From: a virus
Virus record (IMG/VR): IMGVR_UViG_3300031716_000018
Length of the DNA: 45,103 nt
Strand: one strand, 5' to 3'
The notes below the pieces were generated by a model that worked only from the letters and a program-made list of their open reading frames with translations, was not told the DNA's origin and did no database searches. How positions within the stretch are numbered: position 1 is the first letter of the stretch; each line of letters begins with the position of its first letter. Below, in pieces: positions 8,556 to 18,800 of this stretch. Position numbers and translations under genes: made by a program.

Positions 8556-9940
8556 TGGCAGCGCCGACAAATGTCAGAGTTGAGGCTCAGTCAATATCGA
8601 CCACAGTCCTTAATTGGACAAGTGGATCGGGTAACACCTCCATTTGGCGCTCAACTGATGGTAGTTCGTACACCAACATCGGCTCAGTATTGCCTGCAAC
8701 TACAACGTACACTGACACTGGGCTGTCAGCTGATACTAAATATTGGTACAAGCTCTCAGACGATGATGGCGCTACGTTCTCATCAGTTGTCACTGTTTGG
8801 ACTCATAGTTGTGGGGCAGCTGGCTCTGCTGATAGTGGCTTACAAATCCCTGATGATAACCTTGAGGATTTGGCTAGGCGCGTTGAAGAACTTTTTCATG
8901 AGCAAGTGCTCGATGCACAAAGATGTCTCGTTTGTCAGGATGATGGGCGAGTTGTCATTGACTGCGCTGATGGCTGTGATGCCTTCGATGTATTAGCTGA
9001 TGGTGACATAAACTCCATAAGTATCCAGAACTGCAGCGATAACATAGATGTTGACTTTCTCATACCAGCTAACACAACGCGGAAGATATGTGGCTTCCCT
9101 GCTGGCTTAGGATTTACAGGAGATGAATGCTTTCAGGCACCATTTGTTACTGGCCCAGCAGGAGCAACCGCCTCGATAAGGCCTTTAGGAAGTGGTGGCG
9201 TTGGTGCTAGATCACGGCCTGGAGTTGGCATAACTCCTAACAGTGGTGGAGGTGGCGGTGGTGGCGGCTGCACTTGCGTACCTGGTAAAAATAATGCCCT
9301 TGCAATAAAGAGTTGCAACGCTAATAACTCATTAAAATGCACCTCAACAAAAAACCTAATGCTTTTGGCCTGCGGGGGCAAAGGCCCTTATTCATGGTCA
9401 AAGACTGGTTCTATCACCTTAACTGGCCCGAAGGCTGGAGCACAGCCATCCACAACTGCAATAGGTTCAGCAGTCATCGTAAAGCCTCCTACGAATAGTG
9501 GATCAGGCGTTGCTGGCAATGCTTACACCATCTATTATCTCTATTGTCAACATTCAGGTGGCGGCGCTGGCGTCTGTTCTGGAACAAAGTTCAATCTTTT
9601 TGACTGGCGTAAGTTTGGCTGCAATGACGTTGCTACAACATCTTGTGTTGGTAACTCAGTTGATGGAACTGGCTGTGCTGTTTCTCCAACATCGCCTTGT
9701 AAGGGTGGTGACTGCCAAACCAATTGTGACTCTGGAAATTGCTCAGGCCAAGTGCCAGCTTTCAGGGGTGCTGATACTCCCTGCACACATGATGCCAACT
9801 TGGGTGGTGGAGGCATGTGTGATACCAGATCGGCAGGGATGATCTCTAATGGCTGTAATCCTTGTGGCTTACAGGCAGGGTCAACAGTTACTGTGACTGA
9901 TGCATTAGGAACATCAGTTACCATAACATTGAAGGCATAA
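8555..9940 (+). CDS. tail protein: N-terminal fibronectin type III domain plus Gly- and Cys-rich region (461 aa)
   Basis: APTNVRVEAQSISTTVLNWTS...TTYTDTGLSADTKYWYKL is an FN3 pattern. About 30 Cys and a G8 run follow. Confidence 0.65.
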   Translation: MAAPTNVRVEAQSISTTVLNWTSGSGNTSIWRSTDGSSYTNIGSVLPATTTYTDTGLSADTKYWYKLSDDDGATFSSVVTVWTHSCGAAGSADSGLQIPDDNLEDLARRVEELFHEQVLDAQRCLVCQDDGRVVIDCADGCDAFDVLADGDINSISIQNCSDNIDVDFLIPANTTRKICGFPAGLGFTGDECFQAPFVTGPAGATASIRPLGSGGVGARSRPGVGITPNSGGGGGGGGCTCVPGKNNALAIKSCNANNSLKCTSTKNLMLLACGGKGPYSWSKTGSITLTGPKAGAQPSTTAIGSAVIVKPPTNSGSGVAGNAYTIYYLYCQHSGGGAGVCSGTKFNLFDWRKFGCNDVATTSCVGNSVDGTGCAVSPTSPCKGGDCQTNCDSGNCSGQVPAFRGADTPCTHDANLGGGGMCDTRSAGMISNGCNPCGLQAGSTVTVTDALGTSVTITLKA

Positions 9941-10141
9941 ATGGCTTGCTTCTTGCTTAGAACTCCAGAGGGCAATGAGAGATGGATGGCAGACAATGAG
10001 CCCTATCGCCGGCTACCTGGGGAATACATAGTTGAAGGCATTGTTGACTGGAATTGTGGCCCTAATGCAACGCCTCAACCAATGGTAACTTTCAGGAAAT
10101 GTTCTAATTGTGGTGAGATGGGCATCTATGAGTCAACGTGA
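9941..10141 (+). CDS. hypothetical protein (66 aa)
   Basis: ATG directly after the preceding stop. Contains CSNCG. Confidence 0.45.
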   Translation: MACFLLRTPEGNERWMADNEPYRRLPGEYIVEGIVDWNCGPNATPQPMVTFRKCSNCGEMGIYEST

Positions 10142-10197
10142 ACTGGTAAAAGGATACGTGCCTGCAAGTTTTGCGGGATCAAGAAAGTTCTTGTTAG

Positions 10198-12075
10198 ATG
10201 ATTAGATACGGCTTACAATGGCAGGCGCTTCAGGACTATCTCGCTATTGAGGAGACTATCAATTCCTCAGTTTGGGGTGAAGGTGCTGCTGGAACGCCTC
10301 CAGATAATCATGTTTTCATCTATGCCAAGGACAAGTCAGGCACCTCAGGGCTGTTCTGGAAGAATGATGCTGGGACTGAATTTGATTTCTCTACAATGGT
10401 TGGAGGATCAGGGGCTAGTGGAAGAGCTACATTTTGGACTGGCACCCAAACAGTCTCGAGTGATGCCAGTTTTCGGTGGGATAACACTAACAAATTCCTA
10501 GGTATTGGTAACTCAGCTCCTACTAAAGCCATTGACGTTGCTGGTGGAACTGATGATCTGACAGACATAAATATAAGGCGTGCTTCGGCTGATGCTAGCT
10601 CTGGCGGGCTCACTATGCTCAAGGCCAGGGGCAGCATTGGTAGTGAAGCAGCTACACAGGCAGATGATCCACTTGGAATTATTGGCTTTGGCGGCTTTAC
10701 TACAGCAGCAGCCTTCAATAAGGCAGCTATTAGAGGTTGGGCGAAGACATTATGGACTGGTAGCAATAGTGACACATATCTTACTATTGAACTTACTCCA
10801 ACAAGTTCTACGACAAGAGCTGAGCGTGCAAGGCTTACATCTGATGGAACTCTAAGGCTAGGTGGTGGTGGCGCAGGTATTGGCTCAACAACGCCTGGCA
10901 TCGAAGCTATGGTTCCGACTGGGAGTAGTGGTGGCTGCACTTCTTACATGGTCGGTGTTGGAACTGGTGTCTTTGGTAACTGGCAAGGGAGGTCAGCAAG
11001 AGGTACAGTAGGATCATTTTCGGCATCTCAGGCTGATGACGTTCTGGCTAGATTCAGTGGGATAGGCCGTGGAGCTACTGATTGGTCTGGTACACTTAGG
11101 GCTGGCATGGACTTTGTCGCTGGCGAGAACTGGAGTGATACAGCGCAGGGTGCTTATATAGTATTTAAGACAACAGCGTTGTTAGCAGCCTCAAATGCTG
11201 AGAGATTTAGGATTGGCCCATCAGGTCAGTGGGGAATTGGTGGAGCTACTTACGGAACCGCTAATAACATATTTAAGTCTGGAGGTTCATCTGCTGCTCC
11301 TTCATGGGGAACGATCAATCTATTAGATTCAGCGTCCATAGGAGATACACTTACTGGCACTGTGGTACGTGGAGATATCATCATTGGTAACTCTACGCCT
11401 AAGTGGGCAAGGTTGGCGAGGGGCTCAAGCGGCGCATTTCTGAGGAATGATGGATCAGATGTTCAATGGTCAACTCTGATCCTGCCTAACTCAGCGACAG
11501 CGAACAGGATTGCTTATGCTACTTCGTCAAATAACTATGGAGAATCGGCTGACCTAGCTTTTGATGGTACTGACTTCCTTCTAGGCTCTGGAATCAGGGC
11601 AAGGATGGCCAGTCAGAATAGATTTAGGTATCTAAATTCAGCGGCTCATGTTTACTCTACAACAGCACAAAATACTAATACAACTGGCACCTTTGTTACA
11701 CGTAACTTTCCACTGGAGAGTTTTGATACTGATAGCATCCATGATACAGTAACGAATAACTCTAGGCTAACCTGTAAGCTAGCTGGAAAGTATTTTGTCT
11801 ATGGCACGATAAGTATGAGTGGTGCGAGCGTCACATCGCCATCTAATGCAGGTGTTAGAATCCTAAAGAATGGTGGCACTACTGATACTTATGGCACTTA
11901 TATTCCTTATGTAGGTGCAGCTGTCGATGTGATAGTTACCACAGGTACAATGATTGACCTCGCTGTAAATGACTATGTAGAGCTTCAGGCAGTTTTCTTT
12001 GGTGGTGGTGGCACATTTGATCTCACAACAGGCTCATCAGGCCCGCGATTTGGCATGTTCTATATTGGTGAATAG
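10198..12075 (+). CDS. tail fibre with C1q/TNF-like C-terminal head (625 aa)
   Basis: Gly-rich repetitive shaft. The last ~130 aa carry C1q-type landmarks: RLTCKLAGKYFVYGTISM, VRILKNGG, LAVNDYVELQ, FGMFYIGE. Confidence 0.6.
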   Translation: MIRYGLQWQALQDYLAIEETINSSVWGEGAAGTPPDNHVFIYAKDKSGTSGLFWKNDAGTEFDFSTMVGGSGASGRATFWTGTQTVSSDASFRWDNTNKFLGIGNSAPTKAIDVAGGTDDLTDINIRRASADASSGGLTMLKARGSIGSEAATQADDPLGIIGFGGFTTAAAFNKAAIRGWAKTLWTGSNSDTYLTIELTPTSSTTRAERARLTSDGTLRLGGGGAGIGSTTPGIEAMVPTGSSGGCTSYMVGVGTGVFGNWQGRSARGTVGSFSASQADDVLARFSGIGRGATDWSGTLRAGMDFVAGENWSDTAQGAYIVFKTTALLAASNAERFRIGPSGQWGIGGATYGTANNIFKSGGSSAAPSWGTINLLDSASIGDTLTGTVVRGDIIIGNSTPKWARLARGSSGAFLRNDGSDVQWSTLILPNSATANRIAYATSSNNYGESADLAFDGTDFLLGSGIRARMASQNRFRYLNSAAHVYSTTAQNTNTTGTFVTRNFPLESFDTDSIHDTVTNNSRLTCKLAGKYFVYGTISMSGASVTSPSNAGVRILKNGGTTDTYGTYIPYVGAAVDVIVTTGTMIDLAVNDYVELQAVFFGGGGTFDLTTGSSGPRFGMFYIGE

Positions 12076-12504
12076 ATGAAGAGTTACCCTCTAATAGTGA
12101 ACTTTGATGCAGCTAAGTTTGCTGCTCGGTACGGCCTCTCTTTGTTAGAGGGAAGGTTCTATATTAGTGAAGGTATGCTAGTTGTGCCTGATGGCTTGCC
12201 AGATGATCCTCCCATTCAAGAAGTTCAGGATGACCGATTAGTAATACTACGTAGGCTAGCAAAATTGATAGTAGATGAGCAAACAGGGCCAGCTGACGTT
12301 CTAAGGGCAGTTTTGTTAGTGATAATTGATGAGCTCAATCTTCATGCCCTAAAGATCAATTCAATCCTAGATGCAGTTGATGCTGCAACATCGTTGGCTG
12401 ATCTGAAAACGAGGATTGGTGCAATCACTGATTATCCTCAGAGGACAGCAGCACAAGCAAAGCAGGCAGTAAAAGATAAAATAGATACAGGAGGAGCAGA
12501 CTAA
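12076..12504 (+). CDS. hypothetical protein after the fibre gene (142 aa)
   Basis: ATG directly after the fibre stop. A chaperone/assembly role is only a positional guess. Confidence 0.55.
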   Translation: MKSYPLIVNFDAAKFAARYGLSLLEGRFYISEGMLVVPDGLPDDPPIQEVQDDRLVILRRLAKLIVDEQTGPADVLRAVLLVIIDELNLHALKINSILDAVDAATSLADLKTRIGAITDYPQRTAAQAKQAVKDKIDTGGAD

Positions 12505-12725
12505 TGGACGAAGTTATCAAACCAACGCCTATTGAAGTTGACCAGCAAAGGCTTCAAAGTAACATCGAAGCTAACCTTGGAGCATTAACAGTTCAGTGCT
12601 GCATCAAAGATGCAATTATTGAGCAGCTCAAAGAGGAGAATCAGAAACTCAAGGACGTGTTAGCAAGGGGAATTCCCTTGACTAACCACCGTCCGGATTC
12701 CGGACAAATGAAAGTAAAGGAGTAA
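12504..12725 (+). CDS. small coiled-coil protein (73 aa)
   Basis: ATG overlaps the preceding stop. Heptad-like sequence. The 3' end contains palindrome copy 2. Confidence 0.5.
   Translation: MDEVIKPTPIEVDQQRLQSNIEANLGALTVQCCIKDAIIEQLKEENQKLKDVLARGIPLTNHRPDSGQMKVKE
12691..12705. repeat. Dispersed palindrome copy 2: GTCCGG-att-CCGGAC
   Basis: Read directly. Lies in the last codons of 12504..12725 (read as RPDSGQ), 25 nt upstream of the 12730 start. Confidence 0.9.
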
Positions 12726-12729
12726 CAAA

Positions 12730-13596
12730 ATGCCACAGTCAGGTTCGTCTCAGGGCTCGTCGGTAAGCAATCCAACGCTGCTCTCGATCTTACAAGATCC
12801 TCAGATGGCCGACCTATTTCAGCGGGCCATAGGATCAATACCCACTAACCTACGGTCAGTCGATGATATGGTCAGCCGTGGTGTTGACTCTCCATTGATG
12901 GGCACTGCCATCGACGCAGCCCTTCAACGATTGCAGCAACCACAGCGATTGGCTCAGAATAACCTGACTGATGCCTTCAGGGCGGCTGGTGGCCTTCGTG
13001 GCTCCCAATATGGAGTCAGATTTAATGAGCTGTTGGGCAATCAGGGAATTGAGCGCAACGATCTTATATCAGCCACTATGAAACAGATCCTCGCGCCTCT
13101 CCTGGATGCCCAGCTTAGGGAGCAGGTCAACTCCTTCCTCCCCAGCAGATCATTCACCGACCTCTTACAGGCATCACGGCCTGCGGTTGGCAATCAGTCA
13201 TCGTCGCAGCAATCTTCCTCATTTGGTGGCTCTGATTCAAGTGGCGCCTCAATGGGAGGCGATGATATGTCCTCATGGCTACGTAGGATTGGTTATCAAC
13301 CAACGAGCTATGGAGGTGGTGGATGGTCAGGCGTAAATACACCTCCTGGTGGTGCTGGTGGTGGAACTGGCCAGCCAGCCCCTTACGACCCTTATGGTGG
13401 TTATGGCCTTGACTCAGGTGGTGGCTACACAACTGGCCGGCCAGCAGTCAATCCACAGGACCTCATATCCTACGGCCCGTGGGAGCCAATGCCATCAGCT
13501 CCAGGTTATGGAACTCCAACATATCCTGAGTATGACGATCCGGGCACATACATGAATCCAGTTCAGCCCTATGATTCACCAGATAATTTCTATTAG
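12730..13596 (+). CDS. internal-virion-like protein with Gly/Ser/Pro/Tyr-rich C-terminal half (288 aa)
   Basis: AAGGAG RBS. Low-complexity tail GGGGWSGVNTPPGGAGGGTGQPAPYDPYGGYG... Confidence 0.6.
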   Translation: MPQSGSSQGSSVSNPTLLSILQDPQMADLFQRAIGSIPTNLRSVDDMVSRGVDSPLMGTAIDAALQRLQQPQRLAQNNLTDAFRAAGGLRGSQYGVRFNELLGNQGIERNDLISATMKQILAPLLDAQLREQVNSFLPSRSFTDLLQASRPAVGNQSSSQQSSSFGGSDSSGASMGGDDMSSWLRRIGYQPTSYGGGGWSGVNTPPGGAGGGTGQPAPYDPYGGYGLDSGGGYTTGRPAVNPQDLISYGPWEPMPSAPGYGTPTYPEYDDPGTYMNPVQPYDSPDNFY

Positions 13597-13604
13597 GAGG
13601 TAGC

Positions 13605-14648
13605 ATGTTAGATGAAGATGTTGTAAAGGAAGCAATTAGCCAGCTCACAGGTGGCATCTCACCTGCTGCCCAGTCTGACCTAGATTCAGCAATGCAGTCA
13701 GGCCGGCTCTCAAAGATCACGGTGGGTGGAACTACATCGTATCACGATGCTCTATCAGGCCTTCCATTGGGAGCTCAGTATGATTCTAGGTCGCCATTGG
13801 GGTTCACTATCGCCGATCCAAATCTACGGGATATATACTCCAACTACCAAGGTGGCTTGGCATCTGCCGTTGCTCAAAATAGGTATGATGATGCCTTCCA
13901 ACGTGATAGGTTGAAGAATACCCTCTCAATCATGAAAGCCGCCGATCAATTAGATCCTGATCTTCAAGCTATTGTGATGGAACGATTAGGCATTAGAAAT
14001 CCTTTCACTCAACAACAAGGTGAAGGGGGAGGCCAATCCAGTGGAGGAATACCAACGCCGTGGGGTAACTATCAAGGTGCTAGGCGTACTGGTGCTGGTC
14101 CTAATGATGTTGAGCCTATGTTTGCTTCTGGGGCCTACTCAGGTGCTACGCCTTTTGGGACTCCCGACATAAGAACCAGAAGGAAGATGATGGAGACTTG
14201 GTTTGCCGACCAGCTGCGTCAGCCTGAGAAAGCAGCAGATCGTGAGGTCAGGCAATCTCAGATCGCCATGCAGGGCGCCAATGCAAAAGCTCAAGATGCC
14301 GATCGCAATGCTAAGATTGAGATAGCTCGACAAGCTGTTGCTAATCGTGAGCTAGCCACAATCAAAGCCCTGCAAGAAGCTGAGGAAGGCTATCGTAAGA
14401 TGGGCCCTAACAAGAATCCTCAGATGGCTGATCTCATCAACCAGCAGATCAGGATGCGAATGCAGAGATTGAATCAACTCAATGCAGCAATGGGCGGTGG
14501 TGCTGGTGAGTTTGATCCTGCCTTATCTGTCCAGCCTGGTGATATTGAGGGGAGAAGGCAACAGGTGATGGGCATGGGATCTCCAGCGCCTCAAGCTCCA
14601 ACAGCCCCTCGACCTAGTGGAAGGAACGATGTTAGAAGGATAAGATAA
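13605..14648 (+). CDS. internal-virion-like protein (347 aa)
   Basis: TAGGAGGTAG RBS. Gln/Gly-rich disordered segments plus helical regions. Confidence 0.6.
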   Translation: MLDEDVVKEAISQLTGGISPAAQSDLDSAMQSGRLSKITVGGTTSYHDALSGLPLGAQYDSRSPLGFTIADPNLRDIYSNYQGGLASAVAQNRYDDAFQRDRLKNTLSIMKAADQLDPDLQAIVMERLGIRNPFTQQQGEGGGQSSGGIPTPWGNYQGARRTGAGPNDVEPMFASGAYSGATPFGTPDIRTRRKMMETWFADQLRQPEKAADREVRQSQIAMQGANAKAQDADRNAKIEIARQAVANRELATIKALQEAEEGYRKMGPNKNPQMADLINQQIRMRMQRLNQLNAAMGGGAGEFDPALSVQPGDIEGRRQQVMGMGSPAPQAPTAPRPSGRNDVRRIR

Positions 14649-15817
14649 TGAGTGATTATGATTACCTCGACCAGTATGCGGCAGGCAAGTTAGGGCCTGA
14701 TTGGGATTCCTGGGTCAAGGATCGTGTGCCGCCTGAAGTCTTTAATCGCTTGCAGCAAGGTAGGCCCAAATCCATTGAGGATATGAATCAGGATATCTAT
14801 CCACTTGGCCAGGGAAAAGGATTGCTGACTGATATACTCAACTTTGGTCTGAACAACATAAATAAGTATGGGCAGCGGACTGCTGACTATCATTCTAACT
14901 TGACCAAAGCCTTCCAAGACATCCAGTCAGGAAAGTCACCTGATCTTAGCCCTCTCATCCAAGATGCTATTTCAGTCAATCCTGTAATGGCTGGTACTTG
15001 GGGGCCGATCAGGACAGGCGCTCAAAAGAAGGTTGTCAAGGCTCTATGGCGTGCTGACCCTGATGCAGTCAAAGCCATTGCAACTGATCCACGTGAGCTC
15101 AATCTGAGTGGCATATCGGATGTGACTAATAGAGATCAGCTTATAAATCTCCAGAAGGACATGACAGCAAGTATGTTTATGCCTGAGAGTGCGGCTGCTA
15201 CCTATACACCTTCTAGGGACGTTATAAAGGTTGCACCTGCCACGATGCGAGGCAATGCGCTCTATCCTGGCGAACCTGAGTCATTCATGGGCCTGAAGCC
15301 AGCAAAGTCTGAGTTTTATGGAATTGGAGCAGAGAATCTCCCTCAGACGATGAAGCATGAGGCACAGCACTTCCTCAATGTTCCTCGTATTTATGATCAG
15401 GGGATAAGCAATCCTGACGCCATCAAGATGTGGGATCTCCTAAAGCCCTATCTCAGTGAGCACGCACAGAAGGCATCATTGCAAGGAGGCATGCACGCTG
15501 TCGATCCTAAAGTTGCGCTTGATGAGGCCCTTGCTTATCTCTCAATGAAGAATAATAGGAGCTTAACTGGTCAGTCACCTGCTGGCATCTTACATGAGCT
15601 CATAAAGATGAAACCAGGGCTTGAGCAAGGGACTACTCGAGGTCCAGCATTGACACCTGATGTTCTTCAGTCTGCCGTTGCTAAGGCTGAGGCCCTTGCC
15701 CCTAGCAGTAAGCCAGGCCTAGGAATTGAGGGTTTGCAGATTGTCAGGGATATGCTTAGGAAGCAATTTGGTGGTCTGACTCCAGAAAATTTTCGTGGGC
15801 CAGAAAAGGGGAAATAG
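14648..15817 (+). CDS. internal-virion-like protein containing an HExxH motif (389 aa)
   Basis: ATG overlaps the preceding stop. HEAQH at 15356-15370, with DEALAY about 50 aa downstream. Confidence 0.6.
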   Translation: MSDYDYLDQYAAGKLGPDWDSWVKDRVPPEVFNRLQQGRPKSIEDMNQDIYPLGQGKGLLTDILNFGLNNINKYGQRTADYHSNLTKAFQDIQSGKSPDLSPLIQDAISVNPVMAGTWGPIRTGAQKKVVKALWRADPDAVKAIATDPRELNLSGISDVTNRDQLINLQKDMTASMFMPESAAATYTPSRDVIKVAPATMRGNALYPGEPESFMGLKPAKSEFYGIGAENLPQTMKHEAQHFLNVPRIYDQGISNPDAIKMWDLLKPYLSEHAQKASLQGGMHAVDPKVALDEALAYLSMKNNRSLTGQSPAGILHELIKMKPGLEQGTTRGPALTPDVLQSAVAKAEALAPSSKPGLGIEGLQIVRDMLRKQFGGLTPENFRGPEKGK

Positions 15818-18800
15818 ATGCCAACCTATGAAGTAGATATTGGCGACCACACCTATCAGGTGGATAGTGATACAGAGATCTCTGATGATGAGGCTCGGCA
15901 GCGTGCTCAGGAATATGCCAGCTCAGAAAATGCTAATCCACTAGCAACCAAGCCTGGATTTTTTCAGGAGCACATGGGTGGCGACTATGACCCAAACTCA
16001 AATTTTCTTAGCAATTATGCTAGTATTACTGGTCGCAGGGTTGGTTCTGCTATTGACGCTGCCGTAGCTCTTCCTGAGAACCTCAAGAATATTGTCACTG
16101 GTGATATTCCAGAGGTTCCTCCTGCTGAAGGGTTAGACCCCATCACCCGCCTGATTGAAGGATTCACTGGAAAGCCAAGGATACAGGCTGCCCTCAGATC
16201 ATTGCAGGGGGTTGCCTCTCCCATCTCAACCCTACTCGCACCAGTTGAAGCTGCAGTTGAGGAGCCAGTTAGCGCCTTAACTGGCAGTAATGCGTGGGGA
16301 AAGTTAGCTGGTGACGTTGGTGGCTTGGCAGGTACATTTGGCTTAGGTCTCTTATCAGAGGCTGGAAAGTTAGGGGCGACTGCTGAGGCATTGGCTAAGA
16401 CATTAGGGGTTGGGCGTGAAGCTACATGGGATGAGATCGTCAAGAGGGATCCTCAGATGGCCTATATCATCGAGCGCCCCTACAATATTGCCCAGCAGGA
16501 GATTGCCTCATCCCCATTAGAGAGAGCAGCAAGAGGTGATGCATCCCTCGAGCAACTAACTGACATGGCTGAGGAGCTGAGAAAGGCACGAGAGAAAACA
16601 ACTGCTCAACTCTCAATGGAGCTGGGCCGGCCACAGATGGCTGATATTGAGATGAGTAAGTTAGCTAGAGAGAATGAGGATTGGCTGGAGCATGCCAAGG
16701 AGAATAGGATTCCCTATAATGAGTTGCCAGCCGACGTTCGCGTCCAGATGGAGAATATTGAGTTCGCGCCTGATGCACAGCATGACATTGGTGCTGTTCA
16801 GATGCTAGGGACACCAACCACTAGGGCAGCAGCCATCAGTAGGAAGGCTGGCCAGGTTGGGATGGAATCTCAGCTCACTGAAACTAATATGTCAAAAGCC
16901 AGTGAGGCATGGGAGATCAGAAATAAGAAGATGTTCGAGGGCTTGAGTGATGATCAGGCCAGGCAGGCAGCAATGGCTTGGAACCTTCATAGGGAAGATT
17001 TCAATGATCTGCCAAAGTTGGATTCTAGAGTTAAGCAATTCCTAAATGATGTTGATGCTAAGGAGAGGATCATTCAACAGATCATTGTTCCAAGGCAACG
17101 GGATATGGCGCGCGCGAGGATTGAGGCCTCCGTCGAGGAGCAGTTTGGGAACATCAACGAGGCCACGAAGGCTGCTGAGGTTGAACGTCGACTAAGTAAG
17201 CTGTTTCCTGACAAACTCTCACTGGATGAAACTATCTTACAAATTTTCCCAGGGCGTTATTCAATCACTGATGCAAAAGGCAACTTATTAGATATTGGAT
17301 ATAACAAGCTAGATACCAAATTCAAGATTGAGGATTTGGTCAAAGCTGGTAAGGTTGCTGAGGGTGATGTTAAGGTAGATCATAAGCTCATCCTGAGTGG
17401 TGATCAGTTGCGGGCATTCAAGCAGAATAGGGTTTCTAAGAGTTGGGAGAACCTAGCCAATGCCCAGGCTTTCAGCCCTGAGGAGGTAGCGGCCGCAGCC
17501 CGTGGTGACTATTTCTTTCAGAAGGCTAGGAAGGCATTCTCCTTCTTTGATGCCTTTAGGGGGAGCGGTAATCCTAAGGGATACGTCAAGGACTTAGAGG
17601 CGCTCTTCAATGCGCGCGACCGAAACATGGAAAAGTGGTTGCAGATTAGGCAGCTTCATGAAAGGGTTGACCCTATCATCAATGACATTAGTAAGCGGTA
17701 TCCACAACTAGGTATCATCCTGAAGGATAATATCAACCTCTTGTGGGGCCAGAGGATGCCGCTCAGCCTTCCATTGGATAACCAGATCGCTATGACTCCT
17801 TTGTTGAGGGATGTTGTTGCCCCTCAATTTCTTGAAAGGTTCCTTGCAAGATCAAAGGGTTTGCTGGTTAGTGGTATGCTCAAGTGGAACCCTCATTTTC
17901 ATGCAGTCAACATGACGCAGACCTTTGCGACGTTATGGCCTATCGCAAATGGTAGGGAGATCCTAGAGGGTATGCAGTTGGCAAAGTCAGACGCCGGCCG
18001 TAGAATATTAGAGAGGCATATCCCATCAACTTCCAAGGTCGAGGTTGCCGCCGGCAAGGTAGGATTTTCTGAGAAGTTCAACCAAGAAACAGCGTTCATG
18101 ACTATGTATAACAGGGCGAGGAAGTTGGGCTTCAGTGATGCACAGGCTGCAGATTATGCCAAGTTGAGAGGTAATATATACTCACAATTTATGGGCCTCA
18201 CGACCGATCAGCCTATGTGGTTCAGGAAGATTGATCCTACTGGCACTTTGTTCATGTTCCAGAGATTTCCTATCAAGCAGATGGAACTTGTTCTTGATCT
18301 GCTGAAGGATAAGAATATACCTGGCGCGGCAAAGTGGATGGGCGTCAACCTAGCAATGGGCGGCTTTAAGGCTGCAACATTAGGCCAGGCTGGATGGCTG
18401 GGCTATAAGTTATATAAGGACATAAGTGATCAGTATGGTAAGCCATTAGCTGATGTTATCCACGCAGGCCTTCCCGCCCTCGCTGGGCTAGATATTAGTG
18501 GATCAGTCCAGTTCTGGAATCCACCCTTTGGTGAGTCGTGGGGCGACAAGTTGATTGCACTGGCTGAGGGCCCTCTCATTGGCTTAGGGCATTCAGTTAT
18601 TGGTAATATGCTGGATCAGACAGCTCCAGAGCCCGAGGCAGGAAAGAGGGCATTTGATGCCTTCGCACAGAAGATACCAATGGCTGGATGGCTGAATTCA
18701 CTTATTAAGGTTGCCAGTGGAGATTACGATTTCAAGGACCCAGGTGGAAGGCTACAATACAAAGGTGATCTGAGAGATCTCATAACTCACTCATTGGGCT

